Shown here: in pieces, positions 52,936-64,000 of the stretch
Position numbering within the stretch: the stretch's first letter is position 1
How the letters are laid out: every line of letters begins with the position of its first letter
Assembly (NCBI GenBank): GCA_964016885.1
Contig: OZ024747.1
Coordinates: forward strand, 35,402,001-35,466,000
Reading direction: 5' to 3'
Source: Eledone cirrhosa
Lineage: Eukaryota
DNA length: 64,000 bases
The notes under the pieces: generated by a model
What the model was told of the DNA's origin: nothing
Seen by the model: only the letters and a program-made list of their open reading frames with translations
Database searches by the model: none
Translations under genes and position numbers: made by a program

Positions 52936-55930
52936 TGATTGGTCGGTAGAAGTCAGATGAATGTTTAAATTGCTTTTAGCGCGAACAGGTTTCGCGCCAA
53001 ATATAGGTTTGTCGAAGAGAGTCCTTTTCCGCTCGATTGAGTTGCAGTCATGTTGAGGGGTTAACAGTTCAGGTGTCTACTAAGACAAATATGTGAGTTT
53101 GTGTGTGTGTGTGCGTGTAGTAAAGTGGTCCATTGTTGTGATAATGGAAATGAATCGGTCAGTAGGAATGTGTGTGTACGTGTGTGTGTGTGGGGGGGGG
53201 ATTATTTTAACATGTTGAAACATATTTTTCAGCTCTTGTTTCATACAGAGAAGTGTGTGTGTGTATGTCTGTATGTTTGTATAATACAATTTTGATTGGT
53301 CGGTAGAAGTCAGATGAATGTTTAAATTGCTTTTAGCTCGAACTGGTTTCGCCCAAATATAGGTTTGTCGAAGAGAGTCCTTTTCCTCTCGATTGAGTTG
53401 CAGTCATGTTGAGGGGTTAACAGTTCAGGTGTCTACTAAGACAAATATGTGAGTGTGTGTGTGCGTGTAGTAAAGTGGTCCATTGTTGTGATAATGGAAA
53501 TGAATCGGTCAGTAGGAATGTGTGTGTACGTGTATGTGTGTGTGTGTGGGGGGGGGGTTATTTTAATATGTTGAAACATATTTTTCAGCTCTTGTTTCAT
53601 ACAGAGAAGTGTGTGTGTGTATGTCTGTCTGTATGCCAGTGTGCATGCGCGCATGCGCGAGTTTGTGTGCGTGTGTGTGTGTGCGTGTGGATGGACCAAT
53701 ATTTTTGTGGTACTGGTAAAAATGGCGTATATTATTCGATATTTTCAGTCATTTGCAAAAACCATTCTTTCAAAAGTACATCAATAACATCAATAATAAA
53801 AGCGGTGAAATGATGCATAGTATTGTCATAATAACAAGGTGTGTGTGAGTCCAGATTGTACGTACTGCAAGGGGAATCCATTAGGCCCTGCCGTATGGGA
53901 TACTTGCGTACAAATATGTATGCACCCATCAATGTGAAATACATGTGTCCGTATGTGTATATGTGCGTGTCGGAACGTGTATATCTATAAACATCAAAAG
54001 GTAAACAAATGTGTGTATATTTGTGTTGCACCATAGAACATGTGTGTTTACGTATGTCATTGTGTTTATATGTGGATAGAAATGTATGTAGGATGTATGC
54101 TGATGTAGGTATGTATGTCAACATGTGTATCTTGTGGGTTCGTCTTAGGAAGAAATGTTTAGACGGGGTCCGTATTTGTTAATAAAGTGAGATTCCTTGC
54201 TGATGCACTTGGTTTGGTTGGCATTATCTTTAAATTTGTAGAGTGGAAAAATTGTGAAGTTGGGATGATTTTGGGTGGCACAGATATCAATGTGTTCAAT
54301 CAGTGGTATTTTCCTGTATTCCCGTATTTTAATTTGGGATCTATGGACAGTCATGCGTTGGCGTAGGTTGTTTTTATTCTGGCCTATGTATTGTTCTCGA
54401 CAACCTGAGCAAGTTAATATATATATTAGTTTTTCTGATGCGCATGTGAAATTGTGTTTTACTATAAAACATTATCCTTGTTTGAAATAGAATTCCGAAG
54501 CCTCTATTTGGTTGATGCATATACCACAGTTGGGTCTATCGCACTTTGTTATTGTGGGTTTCCTTGTTGTGGTTGGCAGTATTTGGCATGTGTTAGGATG
54601 TTTTTCATTGACTTAGATTGCCTTTTGCACTTTATGGTATCGTGTGTTCGAAGGATTTGGTTCATTCTATGGTCCTTTTTTAATGCAGCGATGTTCTGGA
54701 GGATGGTGTCAAAGGCCTTTATTGTTGAGGGGCTTGTGCGTGGAGATGTATGGAAAAGCTTTTAGATTCGTTTGATTAGCTTTAAGGTGCCTAAGGTCCT
54801 GGGTACTGAGTTTTAGAGCACGTTTGATTCCATTGTCAATTAGTGATGCAGGGTAGTCTCTGTTAACGAGTGTGTCCTTTAGTTCTTGTTGAACTAAACG
54901 ACACACTCGTAATGTATGTAACAGGTGTTTTTATTGGAAACTATAGTACAGATTCTCTTGGCTAAATTGTAGGGCATATTAATTTTAACGTGTCTAGGGT
55001 GACATGAATTGAAAGGTGGGCTTGTAGTAAATGTCTGTTTCTATTTTTTGGTTATGAATCTTAATAAGAATGTCGAGGAAGGGGAGTTGTTGATGGCTGT
55101 ATTCCATTGTAAAATTAATATTCGTGTTGAGCACATTTAAAAGTGAATGAAATTCTTTAAGTTTCTCGATGTTTTCGTTCCAAAGGATGAAGCTGTCATC
55201 TAGATATCTCTTCCAGTTGTTTTCTATGTGTAAGTGGAGAATGTTTCCAAATTTCTTTAGTACTTTAGTGTAGAGGGTGATTTCCATGTATCCCATGACC
55301 AGGTTGGCATAATTGGGGGCCGTTTTCGTTCCCATAGCGGTCCCAGATTTCTGCCTGTAGAATTTGTTATTGAAAACGATGTAATTATTCTCCAAGATTA
55401 ATTTGAGTCCCTCTATCTCGAATACTTTTTTGATGCGTTGTGGGAGTTCATAGTGGAAATCATCCAGCCAGAATTGGATAGCTTCTATTCCTAGGTTGTG
55501 GGGTATGTTGGAGTATAGGTTGACTACATCGAACGTCACTAGCAGGGTTTGTTCAGTTAGGGGTATATTAGGGAGGCGGTTGAGCATATCTAGGTCGTAC
55601 CTTATGTAGCTTTTAATGTGTTTGAGAATAGGCTTGAGAAGTATATCAATGAAGTTGCTAAGGCTGTGGGTTTCGCAAGCACGCCTGCTATTATAGGTCT
55701 TAATTTGAGGTCATTGGGTGAGGGGACATTGATGACTATGTCTGTGGCTTCCTTGCATGCCTTACTTATTAATTCGCTTTTATGTACTTTAGGGATACCG
55801 TAGAAAAGGCTGTATTTACTTGTGAAATCTGTGATGAAGCTGAATTCCTTGTTAGTGAGTCCTTATTTGTATGGGTTGATCAGAGTTTTTAGGTTTCTCA
55901 TAATTTTCTGTTGATTATAGTGTATAGCTG
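52935..55930 (-). mobile_element. Degenerate Neptune-like PLE with tandem 357-bp 3' pLTRs
   Basis: TFDVVNLYSNIPH, GTAMGTKTAPNYANL, KRYLDD, LPFLD, TDIYYKPT; IYILTCSGCREQYIGQ..RMTVHRSQI. Repeats start at 52937 and 53294 and carry degenerate HHR-like TCGACAA..GAAACC on the minus strand. Confidence 0.9.
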
Positions 55931-55932
55931 TT

Positions 55933-55999
<67 letters not shown>

Positions 56000-56459
56000 T
56001 TAGGTTTGTTGGTTCACAACTGGATAGAACTGGTCATTCCGTATGGTCAATCCTGGTGTAATATTGTGAAGAGTACTCAACACAGTGCAGTTCACCCATC
56101 TTCGTTTGTATAGTTGGTGGTGCGAATACGGAGTTAATAATAAATGAAATAACATATGGAAACCGGTCATTGAAATGATCATAGTTTAATAAACCTTTCA
56201 AGGACTTACACCAGTCTAGCCTCCTGTTATTTCATTTATATATATACATATATATATATATATGTATATATGGAAAAAAATGACATTTCATTTCTCACTC
56301 TTAGTACAAACAAACCGAACATTATAATAAATGTTCGGTAAACCCATACGTACATATATATATGTGTGTGCATGTATGTATGTATATACATACTACTGTA
56401 CGTCTGCATACATATATGTATGTACTTATACATACTTATATTTATATATATATAGTATA

Positions 56460-58660
56460 AAAGAGAAAACACAGGTAAGCATTAAGAGAAGGATTTTATC
56501 CAGGTATTTACGACCATTTCATTGGTAAGTGCAACCTTATATTGCTATACTGCAAATAGTAGCCACTCAATTATAATTGTTGTTCACAGTTCAAATTTTC
56601 AAAAGAGTGAGTAAGTTACTCTTGAAATAATTCATTATATATAGAGAAAAACATTTATTTGGAATTGCATTCACTAGTATAGAGAGAGGTATCAGAAGGT
56701 GAGGGAACAAACGGAATAGTATAGAGAGACAGGAAGGGGGGAGAGGTAGGAAGTAGAGTGACAAACTGAGATGGAGGGAGGGATAGAGGTGGAAGGATTC
56801 CTTGTTCAGTTTTGATAGCAGACATCATGTCGTGGAATGTAGTGAGTTAAAGAGAATTAAATTGATCTTAGTGGGAGTGATGGATAGAGGGGGAGGGAGA
56901 TATGGGGGGAGATATAAAGTGATAAATATATATATATATATATATATAAAAAATAAATATAAAGATAATAATGACAAATTAAAAGCAAAGAAGGTGGTGA
57001 GAAAGAAGAAAAGAAAAGATAGCCAAGAAGGGGAGGGAAGAAAGGAAGAAAACGAAGAAATAGAAGACGAATCAGGGAGAAGAGGGGGGATATATGTATT
57101 GGTTTTGTGGATAATTAAAAGGGTTTAGATACAAAAAGAGGGTATATAGTCTAAGTATATGCAGTTAGTCAGTTGGTAGAAAGAGGTTAAGGGTTCGATT
57201 TGTAGTGCGAAAACTTCTCTTTGAGTCTATGGTTACAATAAATTGATCTTTTGATTTTATTGTTGAGTAACTTATTCTTCGAACTCAAGATGTGGAACAG
57301 CTCAAGGTCGCATAATCGACAGCTTCTCATACCACTCCGATATGGGGGCGCGTTCGATAATGTTTTCCACTTCAGGGTGTATTGATGGTTACTTTCCCTC
57401 AGTTGCCAGGTCTTGTTTGCAAGGGTAGTTACATAACGGTGCTGGGAATGTTTCATTGCGTACCGGTGTGTATATCAACGCGCTTTAAATGTATTCCCAG
57501 TCGCTCCGATGTAATACCATTTCTGGTTGTCTGATTCCACTGTGCATTAGTAAACCAGGTTAGACTGCATACATTCATTATGTAATGGACAGGTTTCCGG
57601 TAGGTGGCAGTTACAATTCTTATCATGGGCAACTTTGGCATTATTGGTGGGCTGCGATGCCTGTACAAGTGTGTTACGTTTTGTTTGCCTATTAGTGGGT
57701 GGTTGTGTATTAGATATTCTGTTGTGTTCGGTGGTGATTGTATTGTTATTGTTGTAAAGTTGAGTATTGGTGTCGTTATGTATCTTTTTAGCGTTAAGCA
57801 TCTTAATGTGTGCCTCTATATTTGGTGCCGTGGAGTAAGATAGTCTAATAGATTTAGTGTTAAGGAATTTGCTGTATGTACGTGAATCTGGAAAGTGCTT
57901 ATTTATTGTTCTAAAGAGGGTAGAGGGTAGGTTAGTACTAATAGAGGTGTTACATATGGGGTTATACCAAATATATTTTCTACTGCGTGACTTGTTTGAT
58001 TTCGATGTTGTATTTCTATTTGCCGTCAGTTCTATGCGTAAGTGCGTCTGTGCGTGTGTTACCGGAGTTTGTCTTATGCGTGTTCATGTGCGCTTCACGG
58101 AGGCTTTCATCTATATATTCTACTCTATCTAAGTGGCCTGCCTTGTCTAATGCGATATTGTAGTATTCTGCATGTTCTTCGAAGATTTGTCGGTTAGACG
58201 AAAGGCGGGAGATCCTAAGGGATATGCTGCGTGGAATGGATTTAATTATGGATAGTGGGTGGTTTGAGTTACAGTTGATGTATGCTAAGTTTTCATTAAT
58301 CTTGTGAAAAGGTCTTATAAGTCCTGTATTTAGGTTAAGCGTCGCGTCTAGAATATTAACTCTTTTAGTGCTATACTCATACGTTATGCTAAGGCCTAGT
58401 TTCCCGAGAGTCTTTCTAATATTCTTACGGAGTCGTTCTATGCTCTGGTTATTTAGGTTCTTAACTAGGAGAAGGGCGTCGTCTCTGTAGATTCCACCGT
58501 GAAGGTCGCTAAACTCACTTTGTAAACAATGGGCTATGTAAATACCTACTAAAACTGTGACTTGAACCGAGTCGTTACACCTAACCGTCCGTTGAAACCA
58601 TCCATGAAACTGGCTTTCTTAACCAAGAACTGGATCACAATAAGGAAGTATTTTCTTCTC
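56460..58660 (-). mobile_element. Degenerate PLE, RT C-terminal half plus GIY-YIG (probable Hydra-clade type)
   Basis: GIYRDDALL at about 58470-58495; NSNHP thumb; CNCHLPETCPL; TTLANKTW; CRLCDLE..LLN..CNH. Confidence 0.87.
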
Positions 58661-58673
58661 TAACTATATATAC

Positions 58674-58731
<58 letters not shown>

Positions 58732-59285
58732 CAGTGTATGTGTGTGTGTCTGTGTGTGTGTTTATATGCAGAGAGAGATGGAGAGAGAGACGGGGCGAAG
58801 GGTAGAGAGAGATAAAAAGAGATAGATATATGTGTGTGTGTAGTTGTGTGTCTGCTTGTGCTTGTATGTTTGTGTTTGGTTTCCTATATATATAGCTCAT
58901 ACCTTTAGTTTTCAGTATATTATTTAAAATTTTAAACTATGTAAATACAAAACCATCCTAAAATTTGACACAACATATTTTCTTATGTACCTTGTAGGTG
59001 TTTCATTTGAATTATGGTTCAATATATCATCCTTATTTGCATCTGTATTGTTTGTATGCAATAACATTCGATGACATCCTATGAACTTATTGAACAAAGT
59101 TTTATCGTGCAAAAATATATAATATCGATGGGAATTATATAATATCGATGTATATTAGTATCGCCGTTTGGTAACAGATATTAACAGCTTCATCATGAGT
59201 ATGACTAAACAATATTTTACAAATAACTAATCTAATAAAGCTCAACATATTCATAAACTGTAGCCGAAGATGACCCGTGCTCTAG

Positions 59286-59464
59286 TCAGGAGCCACTGTT
59301 TCTCATTGATCCGGCTGTATTCTCAGCTGTGCTCACAGATGTAACCCAATCTACTTGCTCGGGGTTTACCCTTGAGTCTCCTGCCTTTTGGTTTGGCCCA
59401 TACAATCTATCCAGCGATTCTTTCCTGGGACATTCTATTGACATGTGGTTAGAAAGGACTTCAA
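59286..59464 (-). other. Candidate terminal coding exon
   Basis: ttttaattttcgcAG acceptor, then one long open frame (EVLSNHMSIECPRKESLDRLYG...RNSGS*). GC is higher than in the flanks. Confidence 0.35.
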
Positions 59465-60639
59465 CTGCGAAAATTAAAATGTGATACATAAGCCTCTTTT
59501 GTTAAACAAGACATTTTCTTGATATTTTATTGTATTCACTGGTATCAATTGCCCGATATCATTGTGTTTCATGTTGATTATATTCGATGCCACTATCGAA
59601 ACGGATTTGCAAAATAGAAGTTATTCATAATTTATTCAAGGATATCTTTGGCGGGATGCCAAATCATTCGAACTGGGAATCGAAATCATTTAAGATAATT
59701 TAAAGTTAATGTGCCTCACACAGTATGACACTCGCAACATAGCAGATAAAGATGCTGCTGAAAATGTTGACAACCTTTGCATATCTCTGGTAGGCGTCAT
59801 TGCTACTAAACTATATGTAATAGAATTATCTAATTTGAAGTTTTGAGACTTTTCGTGGAACACCTGTTACTCGTAAATTATTCTTAAATTAAATAGTAAA
59901 AAATATCTAGCCAGCTTTGAATATTATGAATGTTTCTTTATACATATTATTTATAAAATCAACTTTTCAGAGTTACTCCGCTCTTTATCAACATGTGTTT
60001 GGGTTTGTACGTAATCAATAATTTCCGTTTTCAATACAAAATAAATTCGTAGGTACAAACTAATAACAAATTACATCGAACATAGATATTATTTCATTTG
60101 CTGTATTTGATATACTTTGATTTCATGGGGAATCGAAAACACTAATCCATATTTATATAACTAGCCATTAGTCAGCGTTTTAATTTAAATAAATTATTTT
60201 ATAAACCACCTTCGATTTCCAATTGTAGATCATTCATATTTCTTTTTGTTGTTAAAGTTATTGGAAAAAGAATAGACTTCATTACTTCGAATTTTTCGAT
60301 CTAAATTGTGTGTCTGTAACTCGTAAACAGAAGAAGAAAAAAACAATAATCGAAAATGTAATTTTCTACCGATCAAATGCAATTTTGATTCCAAATGTTA
60401 CTATATAGGGTTTATATAGTTAATATATTTCTCATATATAATGAGTATTCCTATTTGCCGCATATACTATAGTCTCCACATAGGAAAATATATTGATTGT
60501 ACGTCAGTCTTTACATCCATATCTAGTACATTTCTCATGTTGTTTGCTTTATCTTTAAAGTGCTGAGGCCCCTTGAACGAAGGCTATTGCAAAGACCAGT
60601 CATTAATATAGATGAGGGAATTGTAAATTTGGAACTAAC

Positions 60640-62510
60640 CTGTGGCGTCTTTTTAAGCGTTGGTCCAACTCTGATTTCCAAAGCTGTTTGCTAATCCTTC
60701 CAGGATCTACCCCGTCTTAGCTCCGAGGATTAGTTCAGCTCATCGTTTAAAATGAACATTTAGCGTAAAATCCCAAGGATAAGAGATCAGATCAAAGCCA
60801 ATTATTGATCTCCGCCCCGGATTCTACTTATACAACTTGTATTTAAATATGTATTTATGTTGGAAGAAGATGTTTATAATTACTAAAACAGAAGACAAAT
60901 AGGGGTTCTCAATTCGTTCCTCCCAATCATTCCTTTCAGTGTCAGGTGTTTAATTACAACAAGTGCATTACAGCTTTTCATTACGTAATATGACGCAAAC
61001 TTCAGTATATATAACACTGCACTGACTTTATCAAGAAAAGTTCTGTATTCGGAATCTCTGCTTAGTACATAAATCTGCTCCAACCACAGGCAACATTCTG
61101 TCAGCCTAAGATTCAAGTGACAAACCCTCCAAATGGGGTTCAGTTCATAGTACATTCCCACAACCGGGGACGTTTGAGTGTCCCCATCTTACCTGTGCAA
61201 TCATTTCTGGCACTATATTGAATAGAGGTGTTTCCATTCTCCAAATAAATCTACGTTACCAGAACACTTACTATATCTATCTGGTAGTATCTGTGGCCTC
61301 CTCAACTAGTAACTGCTTCTCAGCTTTAAGGTATGTAACGTTACAGTTGCCAATTGATAATATTTGCTATCCTTTTGATCCTCTTTGGTGTATCAGTGTA
61401 CGTAACATTTGTGGTTCCATCTAATGCCTCCAAGGGTAGGTCAGAGTCTTATCGCATTTCTCAAAACGTTGGACTGAGATTGCAATGTTTTTCGAAAGTA
61501 TTCCTCCACATACTCCTTCACATACTACTTGAACGCGTCACTAGTTACCTTCCAAGAAGTTCGAATGTCTTTATTGCATCAAGCCATACTGCAGTCTTTG
61601 GTGTTCTTATTCATGTCATTCACCAATTTGTTAACATTTTAGACCTACGAAGAACAGGGATTTTTGTAGGTTGTCTTTCCTCGCTTCATCGAAGCTACAT
61701 CACTTGATTGGGAGTGTTTTTTTTGTTGAGAGCTAACATTGTCATTAATTGCCCCTCTGCTTTTTTGGGACTGCTAACTCGTCCTGCGGGAGCTTGTTTG
61801 TATCTTATCTGTTCGTATATGCTGGCCGTATTGCTATCGACCAGCTGCGACCCTTTCAGGAAGAACATTGCCTGTGATGTTATTAACCAATCTATCCTGC
61901 ATGATCTTACACAAAACCTATAGGCCGACAGGAGAACTATCCCAGGATATTTACCACAATCTTCCTTACCTTTATGAATCACCAGCGACAATTCATCTTA
62001 CCAGTCTTGGGACACACAGTGTTTCTCCCAAACCTGACATATTAGGTTTCTAAGAAGCTGAAGAACATCCATCCCTGGCAATATTTCATTATTGAGTTAT
62101 TTTACAACCACTCCCATTTCATCCAATGTAGGACTTTCTGTCAGGACATCATCCCCATTGATCTGAGAACGGCTATTCAATAGATATTTGGAATGTTTGC
62201 TCCATCTCAAAGGGGTGTCCTTTGGGTCTTTAAAGAAGGAATTGCCATTTTGAGATGTTTGAGGTACATTTTGAGAAGAATAAAACCAGAGACTTTTAGT
62301 AATAAGCTGTAAAGTAGTTTTGTATGGTTGGCATCCGCTTCAACTTGAATGTCCTTTGCTTTACTTATCCAACGCGTATTTTGCATACTTTGGAGCTTGC
62401 GTTGTAAGTTACTCTTCGCTTCTTTCAACAACATTTCACTCCTTCCAGCTCCTTTCCATGCTCTAAACACTCTCGTCGTTGCTGTCTTTGTTTCATTACG
62501 TAGCACTTGA
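60640..62510 (-). mobile_element. Old RTE-clade LINE remnant
   Basis: HKGKEDCGKYPGIVLLS (cf. KG..DC.NYRGISLLS) and RISKQLWKSEL (cf. RIPKQLLYGEL). Many stops and frameshifts. Confidence 0.75.
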
Positions 62511-62889
62511 AATTTTCCTTCATTTGCGAATATTTAGGTTAGGCTGTATGTCATGTAATTCATAAATCAGCCCTCGATTAATTTATTTCCTATCATAAAT
62601 GAGGTAGGCATTTCTAAAATATTTCCTTACAAATCATGCCCTAGACAACGATTTATCACCACTATCTAAAATATAAGCGACATCTATTGATTGTCTGTGA
62701 CAACATAGATCAACTAAAAATACGCTGCTACGTATAGATTGTTGACATTTCTCTCTGAATTAGGATACAATTGATGAGTTATTTTATCTTTCATTCATCT
62801 CAATCAACATAATATATATCTACTATCTTCAAACAACGCTTCTATTGAATAAACATACCCGCAGCGTTCTTTAAGCATATTTAATAAAT

Positions 62890-63055
62890 AATTGTTTCTA
62901 CTTTTGGCACAAGGCCAGCAAACACCCAGTACATTACTGGTACTTTATTTTATCGACCCCGTAAGGATGAAAGGCAAAGTTAACCTCGGCGGGATTTGAA
63001 CTCAGACTGTAAAGGGACGTAACTATGCTAGAAAGCATGGCGTCCAACCCTCTAC
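62890..63055 (-). mobile_element. tRNA-derived SINE (same family as 4727-4882)
   Basis: GTACTTTATTTTATCGACCCCGTAAGGATGAAAGGCAAAGTTAACCTCGGC..GATTTGAACTCAG. Confidence 0.85.
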
Positions 63056-64000
63056 CTATACTTTAATAAATAATAAATTGTGTTACACTAGTGACTTGTT
63101 CCAATCTGCCAAACGTTGGAGCCCTTGGTGGCGTTGATAATATATATTTTTAATTTACAATCTAAGTTAAACAATAGCTGCATATTTCATTTGAGATGCT
63201 CCAGTGTCAATGAAATTCACTTTTAGAATACTTTGGATTAGGAATAAAGTTTTGTTGAAGAAAAAGAATATCAAACCAAAATAAAACATTTCCATTGGGA
63301 ATATTTCTTTTTGAAACAGGCGGACGTTCATTTTCATTTATTTACCATTTAGTTGGATGGGGTCAGAAACGCGCCAAAATACACTCATATGTTGTTATGC
63401 CGTTTAACTGCGAATATTTAAACAAGTATCGAAACACTGGAAATATCTTAAAAGGGCATGATGCAACCCGCTACAGAATATAACCATATTAGGATCATGA
63501 ATATTTCCTATGGAATATATCAACATAAATACAAAATAATTGTGTTAACAAAAACGTTAGAATCGTGATCGAGTGGAAGAACCAAATATTTACAATTGAT
63601 ATTGTTGAAGATATTTTCGTATAGTAAGAATCTTGTTGTAGGAAGTAGGTAGAATGATCTAACTACTCATAAGGTTGTCATAGAACTAAGTCCGTTAAGT
63701 GGAAAACATAATCCTTCATATAAAATCATGTAAAATTACGACGTCAATAACCGATTTCGGCTAATATCATTTATGACAATACTAGATTATATTTACAATT
63801 AATTCATTTGCCACGTCTGTAATCAAAGGTAAATGACCGCTCAATATGCTTTTAAAAATCAGTTTATGTGAAAAGCCGGTTTATATCCTAAAGGGTATTA
63901 GGCCACGTCACATTTCTTGAACGAATTCTGCCAGACATTATAAATAAGAAATAACTCTGAAAATAACATTTTAAAGGCAAATAAGTAAATTACCACTGGA

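Noticed and set aside
60636-60720. Apparent minus-strand exon with CAG|GTTAGT donor
   Set aside because: The open frame is an RTE LINE C-terminal motif and the phase is incompatible with the 59464 acceptor.

Overview
AT-rich, microsatellite-dense eukaryotic DNA. The SINE family and repeat make-up suggest an octopus/cephalopod genome (inference). There is no intact host gene, only three weak candidate exons; the (TA)n/(CA)n-derived ORFs are artefacts. The window is almost all mobile DNA: a near-intact 5.8-kb Tx1/L1-clade LINE inserted in an (ATT)n tract, about eight Penelope-like element (PLE) copies or fragments from several lineages, RTE fragments, SINEs, a deleted Tigger/pogo element and a non-autonomous Helitron whose empty site is present in the same window. 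The main hidden signal is about 17 hammerhead ribozyme (HHR) motifs, read by eye, including U3-A8 covariant and U4C core variants with palindromic stem III. Two non-coding tandem elements (310-nt and 591-nt monomers, one HHR per monomer) look like retrozymes that could produce circular RNA. Many insertions are fold-back structures in (TA)n tracts, and two have their inversion junction inside a hammerhead. One C-terminal GIY-YIG PLE carries about 70 extra residues between RT motifs A and B', where telomerase has its insertion-in-fingers domain. No folding, alignment or database search was run.
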